Below, piece after piece: positions 51,001-58,774 of a stretch of 64,000 nt of DNA (its first letter is position 1; each line of letters starts with the position of its first letter). The notes under the pieces are model-generated. The model did not search any database and had not been told where the DNA came from. It was given only the letters and a program-made list of their open reading frames with translations. The DNA lies in NCBI GenBank assembly GCA_030429545.1, contig JAUIFF010000001.1, positions 211,599-275,598 of the forward strand, given 5' to 3'. Source of the stretch: Polyangia bacterium. GTDB taxonomy: Bacteria > Myxococcota_A > Polyangia > Nannocystales > Nannocystaceae. Position numbers and translations under genes: made by a program.

Positions 51001-51378
51001 TCGTCGGAGCTGCAGATTTTTGCCAGCAACTACCTCGAAGACCACGCCAGCGGCTCGCTCGAGCGCTTGCGTGAGCTCGAGCCGTACTTTTGTAGTGTGC
51101 TGTCTCGGGTCAACCGCGGACGTGTGGCCAAAGCCCGTGTATTTGCATTTTTAGCTGCCGAAGCGCGCAAGTCCGACGAGGCGGCGGCGATGATTTCCAA
51201 GCTACTCACCCGGCAGTCGCTGACCATGGCGATCGGCGATCGGGCCAACTGCATCACCGGGATGTTGGAGCTCCATCACGAGCATCCTGACTTTGACATC
51301 CCGCTGCGGGTGGTGGCGGTGGAGCAGCGCACGGGCAAGTTCAGCAACTCAGCAGGGGAGGGGCAGCGTGGAGTTTAA
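48073..51378 (+). CDS. Large WGR-domain protein with extended alpha-helical (HEAT/ARM-like) repeat region; candidate retron accessory protein
   Basis: 1101 aa; N-terminal WGR-like domain (KVYEVELCRVASGKFLVNFRYGHKGS) followed by ~950 aa of predominantly alpha-helical repeats. Probable GTG start. Confidence 0.7.
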   Translation: MKLVRRATLSHKVGSTEKVYEVELCRVASGKFLVNFRYGHKGSVLKEGTKTHRSVAEAKARSIFARLVDDKKRKGYVEAGQPQRVAKKSNKGSGSALPASPGDRIKGIIARVENQNTTSWALSRAVWRAGELKLKEAVPHMVKLVGSGSWMLQYCLAWALGRCGDATTFEALLRTQGNEVALLKCDSCHKKNRIPWSRFPTYAASCGHCGQKLRRVDRPLSLAADSIQVLFPAASKHPAVARMALEAVRAWGGEAAESVATSVYDSLPGVFQQALDKEDEDAFAAALEAELAAPGRDTWTILERIYMLEDPCIRPGLLKALRTLDLKPGAFRAMRHIFKLAEGRGDGEVFGLLAYRFERARGNFRNSRVYTSVHGRWTRASTELAKDDSRLCFSNTTREYMRRRTWRTVQRLGELGEAEQYVRMAVGVLLPFTDTDGGNVRSRRRYNYRTRGYTTDYWDKFCQYEAFNRVLFDNSHRYERQHRAKLWRCTGGFTPGDALPQNREEAFAELWDKVPVGLLHLLAESRCEQVHDFASRALRANKKFCEGLDVETLTMLLGRGYKRTVRLAFELAVERYDPRNPDIDLVAAMVNCSVEEARLQAQRWIHQDRQRFLQDRGLVADMILSQQQDTRKFTERLLASASLDPLAAEALIATVISRLLVLSPGFNENTALAKDAGELLLKVFARPLRSIGLGVVEDLAKHKLVALQQFAAQILVAHDTRPRDLPEDLLAAVMNSIHPDVRGIGIRLFGELPDRELLDRKALILALVTSRQEDVREAIRPVIQRLVGTYREFADELSSLLLASLLRKESHKGLHNYLLRLFKDELLPSLRHVRKPLVLRLLRAPSSAAQELGGLLLARNIDPAELTVREVVRLASHEIRSVREAAWKFYTDNPERIRDEIEEGIRLLDATWDDSRAFAFEWFGTVLDKHDFDPDILVSICDSVREDVQQFGRRLVTRYFTEQDGHEYLLRLSEHPSSELQIFASNYLEDHASGSLERLRELEPYFCSVLSRVNRGRVAKARVFAFLAAEARKSDEAAAMISKLLTRQSLTMAIGDRANCITGMLELHHEHPDFDIPLRVVAVEQRTGKFSNSAGEGQRGV

Positions 51379-52999
51379 CTACCGCTACGCCGGTTCGACC
51401 GCGGTCGACTCGGGCGCCCGTTCGACGGACATGTCGTTTGCCCCCGATACCCATCGGGAGCCGACCTACTTCACGGGAGAGTTGCATAAGCAACTAGAGT
51501 TCCGAGAGGCGATTTCTGCCCTCCACGACGTTGTGGTTTCGGACCTGCGGTTCAAGCCCAAGGACAAAACGGCCTACAAAGAGTGGCTCGCCACCCAGGA
51601 GCAGGTCGACTGGCAACAGGTCGCCCAAAACCGCAGCCAGGTGCAGGCCGAAATCACGAGCACGCAACGCGAACTCAACGACCTGCAAACCCGCTTTCGC
51701 AACCGGATGTCGAGCTTTTACAAGGCCCGGCAAAAGTACTTCGACTACCTCTACAAAAAAGACCGCGACGCCTGGTTTGTTTTAGACCCGGTGATCACCG
51801 TCCACCCAGACCAGGTCTTTTTTGAGTGCTTTAGCCAGGACGAGTCGAGCTACGGCCGCCTAGGCTGCAACTACGAGGTGTTCAAGAACATCGGCGAGTT
51901 CGCCTGCGGGACCACCAACATCGACTACAGCGACGCGCTGTACAACGAGTTCCAAAAGATCCGTCGCTACAAAACCACCACGTTTCAGATCGACCCCGGT
52001 GGGTTTGATGTCGAAACCACCGGCGAAGACGGCTACCGCGAATGCAAGATCGACCTGCCCGACAGTTGGGTCCGCGGGTTTTTGCAAGTCAGCTCGGCCA
52101 TGACGCTGCCGGCAGTCCGCTTCGATTTGGAGCCGATGGACATTCACAACTTGTGCTTTGTCCTGCGTCGCAACCGCGAGCGTCACGGGCCACGCAGCAT
52201 GCGTTACAAGCTCAACCCCGGGCATCCCGTGCGGGTGGTGTTTGAGCCGTGGAATATCGAGGTTGTCTGCCCGCGTTCGATCTACAAGGGCGACTCCCAG
52301 CAGGAAATCCGCGTGTGGGGCCGTCGGCGGATCCACATCTTGGAGCGCCTGATCCCGGTCGCAAAAAAGTTTACAGTACATCTTTTAGGCCGTGGACTGC
52401 CCTCGTTTTACGTCGCCGATCTAGGCGATATGAACTTCACCCTCGGGCTTTCCGGATGGACCGCCAACGACTGGTCCAAGGCCGGCAACTTCGACCTGAT
52501 GGCCCCTCGGGCTAAGGTCGACACCCTCACCAAACGCCGTGTGTTTGACGCTCTCAAGCAAAACTGGCGCGAGACCCCGCAGAGCTTGGCCAGTCGGCTC
52601 AACCTCGACCGCAAACTCGTGTTGGGTGCGCTCGGTGCGTATACCCAGGCAGGACGTGCGATCTACGACCTCGACCAAGAAGTCTATCGCGTCCGCGAAC
52701 TCAGCCGCGACCCGCTGCCGATGGACAAACTGCGGTTTGCCAACGAACGCGAGCAACAGGCCAACCAGATCTGCGATCGTGGGCAGGTCAACGTCACGAG
52801 TGCCGACACGCGCATGAACGGAACCGTGACGGTGCGCGGACGCGTGTTGCGGTTCACCCCCGAACTTGTGATCGATCGCGACGAGCGGATGATCGACGCC
52901 CGCTGTAGTTGCAACTTTTTCTTTCAAAACAAGCTGCACAAGGGTCCGTGTGAACATATACTGGCCCTACGCATCGCCCACCGAAAGTCGCAAAAGTAG
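51368..52999 (+). CDS. SWIM zinc-finger protein; candidate retron accessory protein
   Basis: C-terminal CSCNFFFQNKLHKGPCEH matches the SWIM CxCx(n)CxH signature. The putative GTG start overlaps the upstream stop (GTGGAGTTTAA); an alternative ATG lies at ~51431. Confidence 0.65.
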   Translation: MEFNYRYAGSTAVDSGARSTDMSFAPDTHREPTYFTGELHKQLEFREAISALHDVVVSDLRFKPKDKTAYKEWLATQEQVDWQQVAQNRSQVQAEITSTQRELNDLQTRFRNRMSSFYKARQKYFDYLYKKDRDAWFVLDPVITVHPDQVFFECFSQDESSYGRLGCNYEVFKNIGEFACGTTNIDYSDALYNEFQKIRRYKTTTFQIDPGGFDVETTGEDGYRECKIDLPDSWVRGFLQVSSAMTLPAVRFDLEPMDIHNLCFVLRRNRERHGPRSMRYKLNPGHPVRVVFEPWNIEVVCPRSIYKGDSQQEIRVWGRRRIHILERLIPVAKKFTVHLLGRGLPSFYVADLGDMNFTLGLSGWTANDWSKAGNFDLMAPRAKVDTLTKRRVFDALKQNWRETPQSLASRLNLDRKLVLGALGAYTQAGRAIYDLDQEVYRVRELSRDPLPMDKLRFANEREQQANQICDRGQVNVTSADTRMNGTVTVRGRVLRFTPELVIDRDERMIDARCSCNFFFQNKLHKGPCEHILALRIAHRKSQK

Positions 53000-53047
53000 G
53001 GCGGCTTCAGGATTTACACCGGAGGAAGATCCAAGCATTTCAAGTTT

Positions 53048-53286
53048 TGTCATGACAGTGGCGGGGTAGGACCAGCCTTGCAGGAACGGGCGGCGGATCG
53101 CCGTCCATGCGATTTGCTCAATCATGCATCACTGGTTCGCTCTTTACTGTGCGGTACATCGGGGTAGCGGGACCATTCCAGTTCGGCTCCCGAGAAGCGA
53201 ATGTGTCCCGCTACCCCAAGTACCGCTGGAGTTGAGCGACCCAGTACTGAGAGCCTTCGAAGGCCCGACTCGCCACTGTCGTGACA
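53048..53286 (+). ncRNA. Candidate retron non-coding RNA (msr-msd) between the SWIM gene and the RT gene
   Basis: Bounded by a 14-bp inverted repeat (TGTCATGACAGTGG at ~53048-53061; CCACTGTCGTGACA at ~53273-53286, one G-U pair) followed by a G-run. It contains a small GC stem (GGGCGGC-ggatc-GCCGTCC) and a long hairpin GCGGTAC-atc-GGGGTAGCGGGAC...GTCCCGCTACCCC-aa-GTACCGC (~53151-53227). Confidence 0.5.
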
Positions 53287-53329
53287 CCTTTTTCCCGCTC
53301 GCATCCTGCGAGCACCTGTCCGGTTAGCC

Positions 53330-54886
53330 ATGTCTCAGCCCCGTACCCGCCAAGAGCTCTACGAACGGATCCGCGAATCCTCCAAAGATGAAGTCATCTT
53401 GGAGGAAATGATCCGCCTCGGGTTTTGGCCGTCCGGTGGCACCCTGCCCAACGACCCGGCCGACGAGATTCGCCGCCGCGGACAGCTGCAAAAAAAGCTC
53501 AACGACCTGCGGGCCCGTGTTCAGCGGATGTACAACGAGCGTCAGCTACTGGCCGATGCTCGCAAAAAACGCATGGCCGATGCCCGGCGGCGGCGGGTAG
53601 AGACCAAACAAAGGCGCGAGCAGGTACGGGCCGAGAAAGCCGCGGCTTGGGCCGAGCGCAAGAAACGTGAGCTGCTGTATTTGGGCGAAGAGGTTTCGGG
53701 TGCCCTGCAACATCGGTTGGCCAATCGCGACAAGCTCGCCGCCAACAAACTGCCGGTGTTTACCAGCCCCGAGGCACTCGCCAGCGCGATGCGTATACAA
53801 CTAAGCGAGCTGCGATTTTTAGCCTACGATCGCCAAGTTGCCAGGAGCCATCACTACCGCCGCTTTGAAGTGCCCAAAAAGACAGGTGGTGTCCGGCGGA
53901 TTTCAGCCCCGATGCCGCGGCTGAAGGCTGCGCAAACCTGGATTTTAAACCACATCCTCAAGCAAGTCCCGGTCCACGAAGCTGCCCACGGTTTTCGTCA
54001 CCACCGGAGTATCGCCTCCAATGCCCGACCACACTTGGGTGCGGACATTGTCATCAACATGGACTTGGAGGACTTCTTTCCCACGGTCACGTACCCCCGG
54101 GTAAAGGGCCTGTTCGTCTCACTCGGCTACAGCGAGTCGGTTGCGACCGTCCTGACACTGCTGTGCAGTGAGCCCGACGTCGAAGAGGTTGAACTCGACG
54201 GCAACCGCTACTTTGTCGCAGTCGGTCCTCGCCGTCTGCCCCAAGGGTCACCTGCAAGTCCCGCCCTCACCAACGTATTGTGTCGCAACCTCGACAAGCG
54301 ACTGGCCGGGTTGGCCGAGTCGATGGGCTTTACCTACACCCGCTACGCCGACGACCTGACGTTTTCTGGCGGTCGTGATGTGTCGCGGACCAGCTTGGTC
54401 GGGCGCCTGATTCGCGCAGTCGAAGACATCGTCGACCACGAGGGGTTCAAGGTGCATCCCAAAAAGACACGAGTGATGCGGCGGACAAAGAAGCTCGAGG
54501 TCACCGGTGTGACCGTCAACGACAAGCTCGGTGTCGATCGCAAAACCCTGCGTCGGTTTCGGGCCACGCTCTACCAAATCGAAAAAGACGGGCCCCAGGG
54601 CAAGCACTGGAATCACAGCGCCAATGTCTTGAGCTCGATGAACGGCTACGCAAACTTTGTGGCGATGATCGACCCCGAAAAGGGCCGAGAACTTCAGCGA
54701 CGCACACGAGCGTTGTTGGTCAAATATGGGCAAAAGCCAGTGGCTCCCCCCCCGCAGGCCGCAGCGCCCAAGGCGAGCCAGCCTCCTCCGCCCCCGCCCG
54801 CGGCGGCACCCAGCCCGTCAACGAGTCAGCCCGAGCCTGAGCCCGAGCCCAAGAAGAAAAAGAAGAAGCGCTGGAAGCTTTGGTAG
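53330..54886 (+). CDS. Reverse transcriptase, retron-type
   Basis: RT motifs IVINMDLEDFFPTV, LPQGSPASPALTN and YTRYADDLTF (YADD). Retron-associated NAxxH (SNARPH) and VTG (LEVTGVTVN) motifs. Unusual ~170-aa charged coiled-coil N-terminal extension and a Pro/Lys-rich C-terminus. Confidence 0.8.
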   Translation: MSQPRTRQELYERIRESSKDEVILEEMIRLGFWPSGGTLPNDPADEIRRRGQLQKKLNDLRARVQRMYNERQLLADARKKRMADARRRRVETKQRREQVRAEKAAAWAERKKRELLYLGEEVSGALQHRLANRDKLAANKLPVFTSPEALASAMRIQLSELRFLAYDRQVARSHHYRRFEVPKKTGGVRRISAPMPRLKAAQTWILNHILKQVPVHEAAHGFRHHRSIASNARPHLGADIVINMDLEDFFPTVTYPRVKGLFVSLGYSESVATVLTLLCSEPDVEEVELDGNRYFVAVGPRRLPQGSPASPALTNVLCRNLDKRLAGLAESMGFTYTRYADDLTFSGGRDVSRTSLVGRLIRAVEDIVDHEGFKVHPKKTRVMRRTKKLEVTGVTVNDKLGVDRKTLRRFRATLYQIEKDGPQGKHWNHSANVLSSMNGYANFVAMIDPEKGRELQRRTRALLVKYGQKPVAPPPQAAAPKASQPPPPPPAAAPSPSTSQPEPEPEPKKKKKKRWKLW

Positions 54887-55145
54887 TGCATTCGGCCCAA
54901 GCAGCAACGCTAGCCAGCTCGGCATTATCGCGGCGAACGAGCCGGAGAAGCCCTAGAAACTTAGTGCGTCCGGCCCCAAGTTGCTTAACTCGTTATCGCG
55001 GGCCGAGCCGGAGCCGGAGAAGAAGCTTTAGAAACTTTAGGTAGTGCGTCCGGCCCCAACTAACTCGTAATCGCCGGCGCCGAAGAAGATGCGCTAGAAC
55101 TTTGGTAGTGCGTCCGGCCCAGGGAGCGAGCCGGAGCCGAGGAAG
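54850..55145. repeat. Four degenerate ~70-bp direct repeats beginning at the 3' end of the RT gene
   Basis: Recurring gagccggag(aag)aagcgct.gaa.ctttggtagtgcgtccggcccca... units. The first copy includes the RT stop codon. Confidence 0.7.
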
Positions 55146-55372
55146 AAGCGCTGCAGTGGGTATCCGCAGTCACGCACCAACACGAATGGATCGTCCCCCA
55201 ATGGCACCGGGTCGCCTTCGATTTTGACCTCGGCTGTGACGACCCCGTTTCGAGACCCCCGAGGGCGACCGGTTTTTTGGCCGACAGAGCCAACCGTTTG
55301 GGCGTTGTCGCCAACTAAAAAAATATAATTGCCACCGATCGATCATCGCGGGCTCGTTACTTCACCCGTGTC

Positions 55373-58300
55373 ATGAGACCGAACCCCCGATGCTCCTGGT
55401 TGGCTGTAGTTCCACTTATCGCCCTTTCGCTTGCCTGTTGTTCACCTGCCTCAGACCTGCACTCACCGGTCACAGCAGCCGAGCCCATTGTCCAGCCCCG
55501 GGCGTTTTCGCTGCAGTTCGACACGGCCTCAGCTAGGTCTCAGCAGGCGCCGGCGTACCAGCTAACCACCAGTGATGGCACCGGACTTCGGCTCGTTTCG
55601 CTCAACGCTCGGGTCGCTATCGAAGACCCGTTGGCGCTGACCGAGTTGCACTTTGTGTTTGAAAATCCGCAGCCACGAACAATCGAAGGGCGGTTTGAAC
55701 TCGAGATGCCCAAGGGCGCCGCGATTTCGCGGTTTGCCATGAAGATCAACGACAGCTGGCAAGAGGGTGAAGTTGTTGAGCGTCAGCGGGCGCGTCGGGT
55801 GTTTGAGGACTTCTTGCACCGTCGCCAGGACCCGGCGCTGTTGGAGCACGACGCAGGCAACCGGTTTCGTGCGCGGGTGTTTCCGATTCCGGCAAATGGG
55901 CGCAAGGAGCTCATCGTGACCTATTCGCAGGAGTTGGGAACTGCGCCCGACCTCTACCGCTTGCCGCTTGTCGGCCTCCCGCAGCTCGATGAGTTGCAGG
56001 TGACCCTGGTGCAGGCGACGCGGGGCACATCGAACAAAAGTGTGTATACAAATGAAACAGCGATTGTGCATGCACCTACGGTCGGGGCGAGCAACTCGAT
56101 CCGCCGGCGTGCTTTTACGCCAACAGCCGATGTCGTGATCCACGAGCAGACTGGCGCACGCGAGCTCGGGATACGCCGCGGCGCGATGGCCATGGCTCGC
56201 GTCGAGCTGACCGCGGCGCCAGGAAAGACCTTCGAGGCTGCTCCCGTAGAGAGGGTGGTGGTGCTACTCGACACCAGCGCCTCGCAGACGCTCCGGCTCG
56301 CCGACACGCTCGCGCGTTTGCAGCAGCTTGTTGACCACTTGCAAAACAAGCGTCCGTTCGAGCTCCATGTACTTGCATTTGACCAGGAAGTTGTCGACAT
56401 CTATTCGGGGCCGAGTGGCGGGTTTGGTCTCGAGCAGCATCAGCGGGTGTTGCAGCGAGGTGCGTTTGGAGCGACGGACCTGGCCAAGGCGATGCAGACC
56501 GTGCGTGCCCGTAACCTCGAAGGCGCGCGGATTATCGTCGTTTCCGATGGGGTAGCGACTGCCGGTGTGGACGCGCCAGGTCGCCTCGGGGAGGTTGCTG
56601 CTGAGCTGCGGGCAGCCGGTGCGCACCGAGTTGATGCCATGGTGCCAGGTTCCAATAGCGATCGGGCAACCCTACGGGCGCTCACCGTGCCGACCAAGCC
56701 CGAAGGGGCCAGCGCCCGTGCCGGGATGACGCTCGACGCCCAATGGCCGACTGCGAAAGTTGCAAACTCCTTGCAGGCACAAGCTTTTACCAACGTTGCT
56801 ATTGATGTTCCAGGGAGTCGCTGGCTGTGGCCCCGAAGCCTAGATGGCGCACAGCCAGGCGATACGGTTACGATCTACGCCGAGATGGCCAACGCCAAAA
56901 ACATGCATGTGCATTTTCAGGGGGCAGCGCTCGCAGACAAGCAAATCAACCTGGCCTCGACACCCGGGCCGCTGCTCGAGCGCGCGTGGTTTGGCGCGCG
57001 AGTTGAGCACCTACTCGCCCAGTACGGTCACCTGCGAGACCGCGACCACCACGAGCAACGCCAGGCGCTCAAGCAGCATATCGTTGAGCTTTCCACCCAC
57101 TATCGCGTACTCACTCCGTTTACGGCCCTGCTGGTGCTCGAGTCCGAGTGGGACTACGAGCGCTATGGGATTGAGCGCCAAGCCCTAACCGACATCTTGA
57201 GTGTGGGGCCAAACGGTGTGGATGTGCTTGCTCGTACAAACACTTCTACCGCGGGCAGTTCACGAAGGTCGCAGGAGCCCACCCTTTCTGATGCATGGGA
57301 CAGCCCGGTGACCGAGCGCTTAGCTGGGCAAGACACCGATGGCGACGGCATTGCCGACAGCCACGACAGTTGCCCGAGTGCACCCGAGGCGCTCAATGGT
57401 TTCGAGGACGAAGACGGTTGCCCCGATGCAATCCCGATGCAAGTTGCCAGGTTTACCGGAACGATCAGGGGCATCCACTTCCCGCAAAACTCGGCCAAGA
57501 TCCAAAAGAAGTCTGCACCGGTACTCGACCGTGCGGCATCTGTACTCCAGGAATTCCCCGGGATTGTCGTCGAGGTTTCGGGGCATGCAAGCGCGGGAGA
57601 GCGGCAACCCGACAAGCTGGCAAAACGCCGGGCACAGGCGGTTGCCCGCTACCTGCGTGCCCACGGGATCGACAGCAAACAGGTTGTGGTGCGGGGTGCG
57701 GGGGTCAGCGAGCCGATCGACACCAACGAAACCAAAAAGGGTCGAGCGAACAACCGTAGGATCGAGTTTTCGTTGCGTTCGGGCGAATGGGTGCGCCGCA
57801 ACAATGCGGTGACACAGACCTGGGCACCAGCCCACTCAGGTAAGTACCAGGCGTTTCGCACATTGCTTGCACAGGAGCCCAACAAGTCACTTGTGCATGC
57901 AAAAACATGGCAAGCGAGCGAGCCCGGAAATGTAATTGCCCTGATCGCGCTCGCCGAGGCCCTCGAAGCTTCGGGGCAAACTGGCGAGGCGGCACGGGCC
58001 TACGGCTCGATCATCGATCTTTACCCGTCGCGTGCAGATTTGCGGCGACACGCCGGCCAGCGACTCGAGTCACTCGGCGTCGCAGGCCTAGAACTCGCGG
58101 CCGATACCTACAAAAAAGCGGTTGCCCAACGCCCAGACCATCCTTCGAGCCACAGGCTATATGCCTATACACTAGTACGTCTCGGTCGCCTCGAGGAGGC
58201 GTTTGAGGCGATCGTCGAGGGGCACAAACAGGAATATCCGCAGGGACGGTTTCGCGGGGTCAAACGCATCTTGAGCGAAGATATCGGATTGATCGCAGCC

Positions 58301-58771
58301 GCCTGGGCGAAGGCCGAACCCACGCGGCGAGCAGAGATCGAAACAAGGGCCCATCAGTGGGGACAGGCCCTGGCGAGTGAGCCCTCACTACGGTTTGTGC
58401 TGAGTTGGGAGACCGATGCCAACGACGTCGACTTCCATATCCGTGACGGCGCAGGCGGCCACGCGAGTTTCCGCCAACCCGCGCTTGAATCAGGCGGGGA
58501 GCTCTATGCCGACGTCACCACCGGCTACGGCCCCGAGTGCTTTGCCATCGATGGCGAGGCCACGGCGTTTCCGTACACACTCAACGCCCACTATTACCGC
58601 AAGGGCCCCATGGGCTTTGGTATGGGAACGGTGCAGGTACAAGCATATGATGGCAAGGGCAACCTCAGGTTTGCCGACCATCCATTTGTGATCATGAACG
58701 ACAACGCGGCGGTCGACCTGGGAACGATCGCCGAGCCGTTGTTTGAGGATGACACCACGGGCCGAAAGTGA
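55373..58771 (+). CDS. Large multidomain lipoprotein: VIT domain + vWA domain + thrombospondin-type-3 repeats/OmpA-like domain + TPR-like region
   Basis: Lipobox LSLACCS; VIT-like block (FENPQPRTIEGRFELEMPKGAAISRFAM); MIDAS VVLLDTSASQ; DTDGDGIADSHDSCP...EDEDGCPD calcium-binding repeats; OmpA-like ending NRRIEF. Confidence 0.75.
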   Translation: MRPNPRCSWLAVVPLIALSLACCSPASDLHSPVTAAEPIVQPRAFSLQFDTASARSQQAPAYQLTTSDGTGLRLVSLNARVAIEDPLALTELHFVFENPQPRTIEGRFELEMPKGAAISRFAMKINDSWQEGEVVERQRARRVFEDFLHRRQDPALLEHDAGNRFRARVFPIPANGRKELIVTYSQELGTAPDLYRLPLVGLPQLDELQVTLVQATRGTSNKSVYTNETAIVHAPTVGASNSIRRRAFTPTADVVIHEQTGARELGIRRGAMAMARVELTAAPGKTFEAAPVERVVVLLDTSASQTLRLADTLARLQQLVDHLQNKRPFELHVLAFDQEVVDIYSGPSGGFGLEQHQRVLQRGAFGATDLAKAMQTVRARNLEGARIIVVSDGVATAGVDAPGRLGEVAAELRAAGAHRVDAMVPGSNSDRATLRALTVPTKPEGASARAGMTLDAQWPTAKVANSLQAQAFTNVAIDVPGSRWLWPRSLDGAQPGDTVTIYAEMANAKNMHVHFQGAALADKQINLASTPGPLLERAWFGARVEHLLAQYGHLRDRDHHEQRQALKQHIVELSTHYRVLTPFTALLVLESEWDYERYGIERQALTDILSVGPNGVDVLARTNTSTAGSSRRSQEPTLSDAWDSPVTERLAGQDTDGDGIADSHDSCPSAPEALNGFEDEDGCPDAIPMQVARFTGTIRGIHFPQNSAKIQKKSAPVLDRAASVLQEFPGIVVEVSGHASAGERQPDKLAKRRAQAVARYLRAHGIDSKQVVVRGAGVSEPIDTNETKKGRANNRRIEFSLRSGEWVRRNNAVTQTWAPAHSGKYQAFRTLLAQEPNKSLVHAKTWQASEPGNVIALIALAEALEASGQTGEAARAYGSIIDLYPSRADLRRHAGQRLESLGVAGLELAADTYKKAVAQRPDHPSSHRLYAYTLVRLGRLEEAFEAIVEGHKQEYPQGRFRGVKRILSEDIGLIAAAWAKAEPTRRAEIETRAHQWGQALASEPSLRFVLSWETDANDVDFHIRDGAGGHASFRQPALESGGELYADVTTGYGPECFAIDGEATAFPYTLNAHYYRKGPMGFGMGTVQVQAYDGKGNLRFADHPFVIMNDNAAVDLGTIAEPLFEDDTTGRK

Positions 58772-58774
58772 ATA

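Noticed and set aside
53330-54886. Considered group II intron, DGR or Abi-type reverse transcriptase
   Set aside because: There is no intron RNA domain structure or maturase/endonuclease tail. No template/variable repeat pair with adenine-specific differences is visible nearby. The NAxxH and VTG motifs point to the retron lineage. Phylogenetic confirmation is still required.
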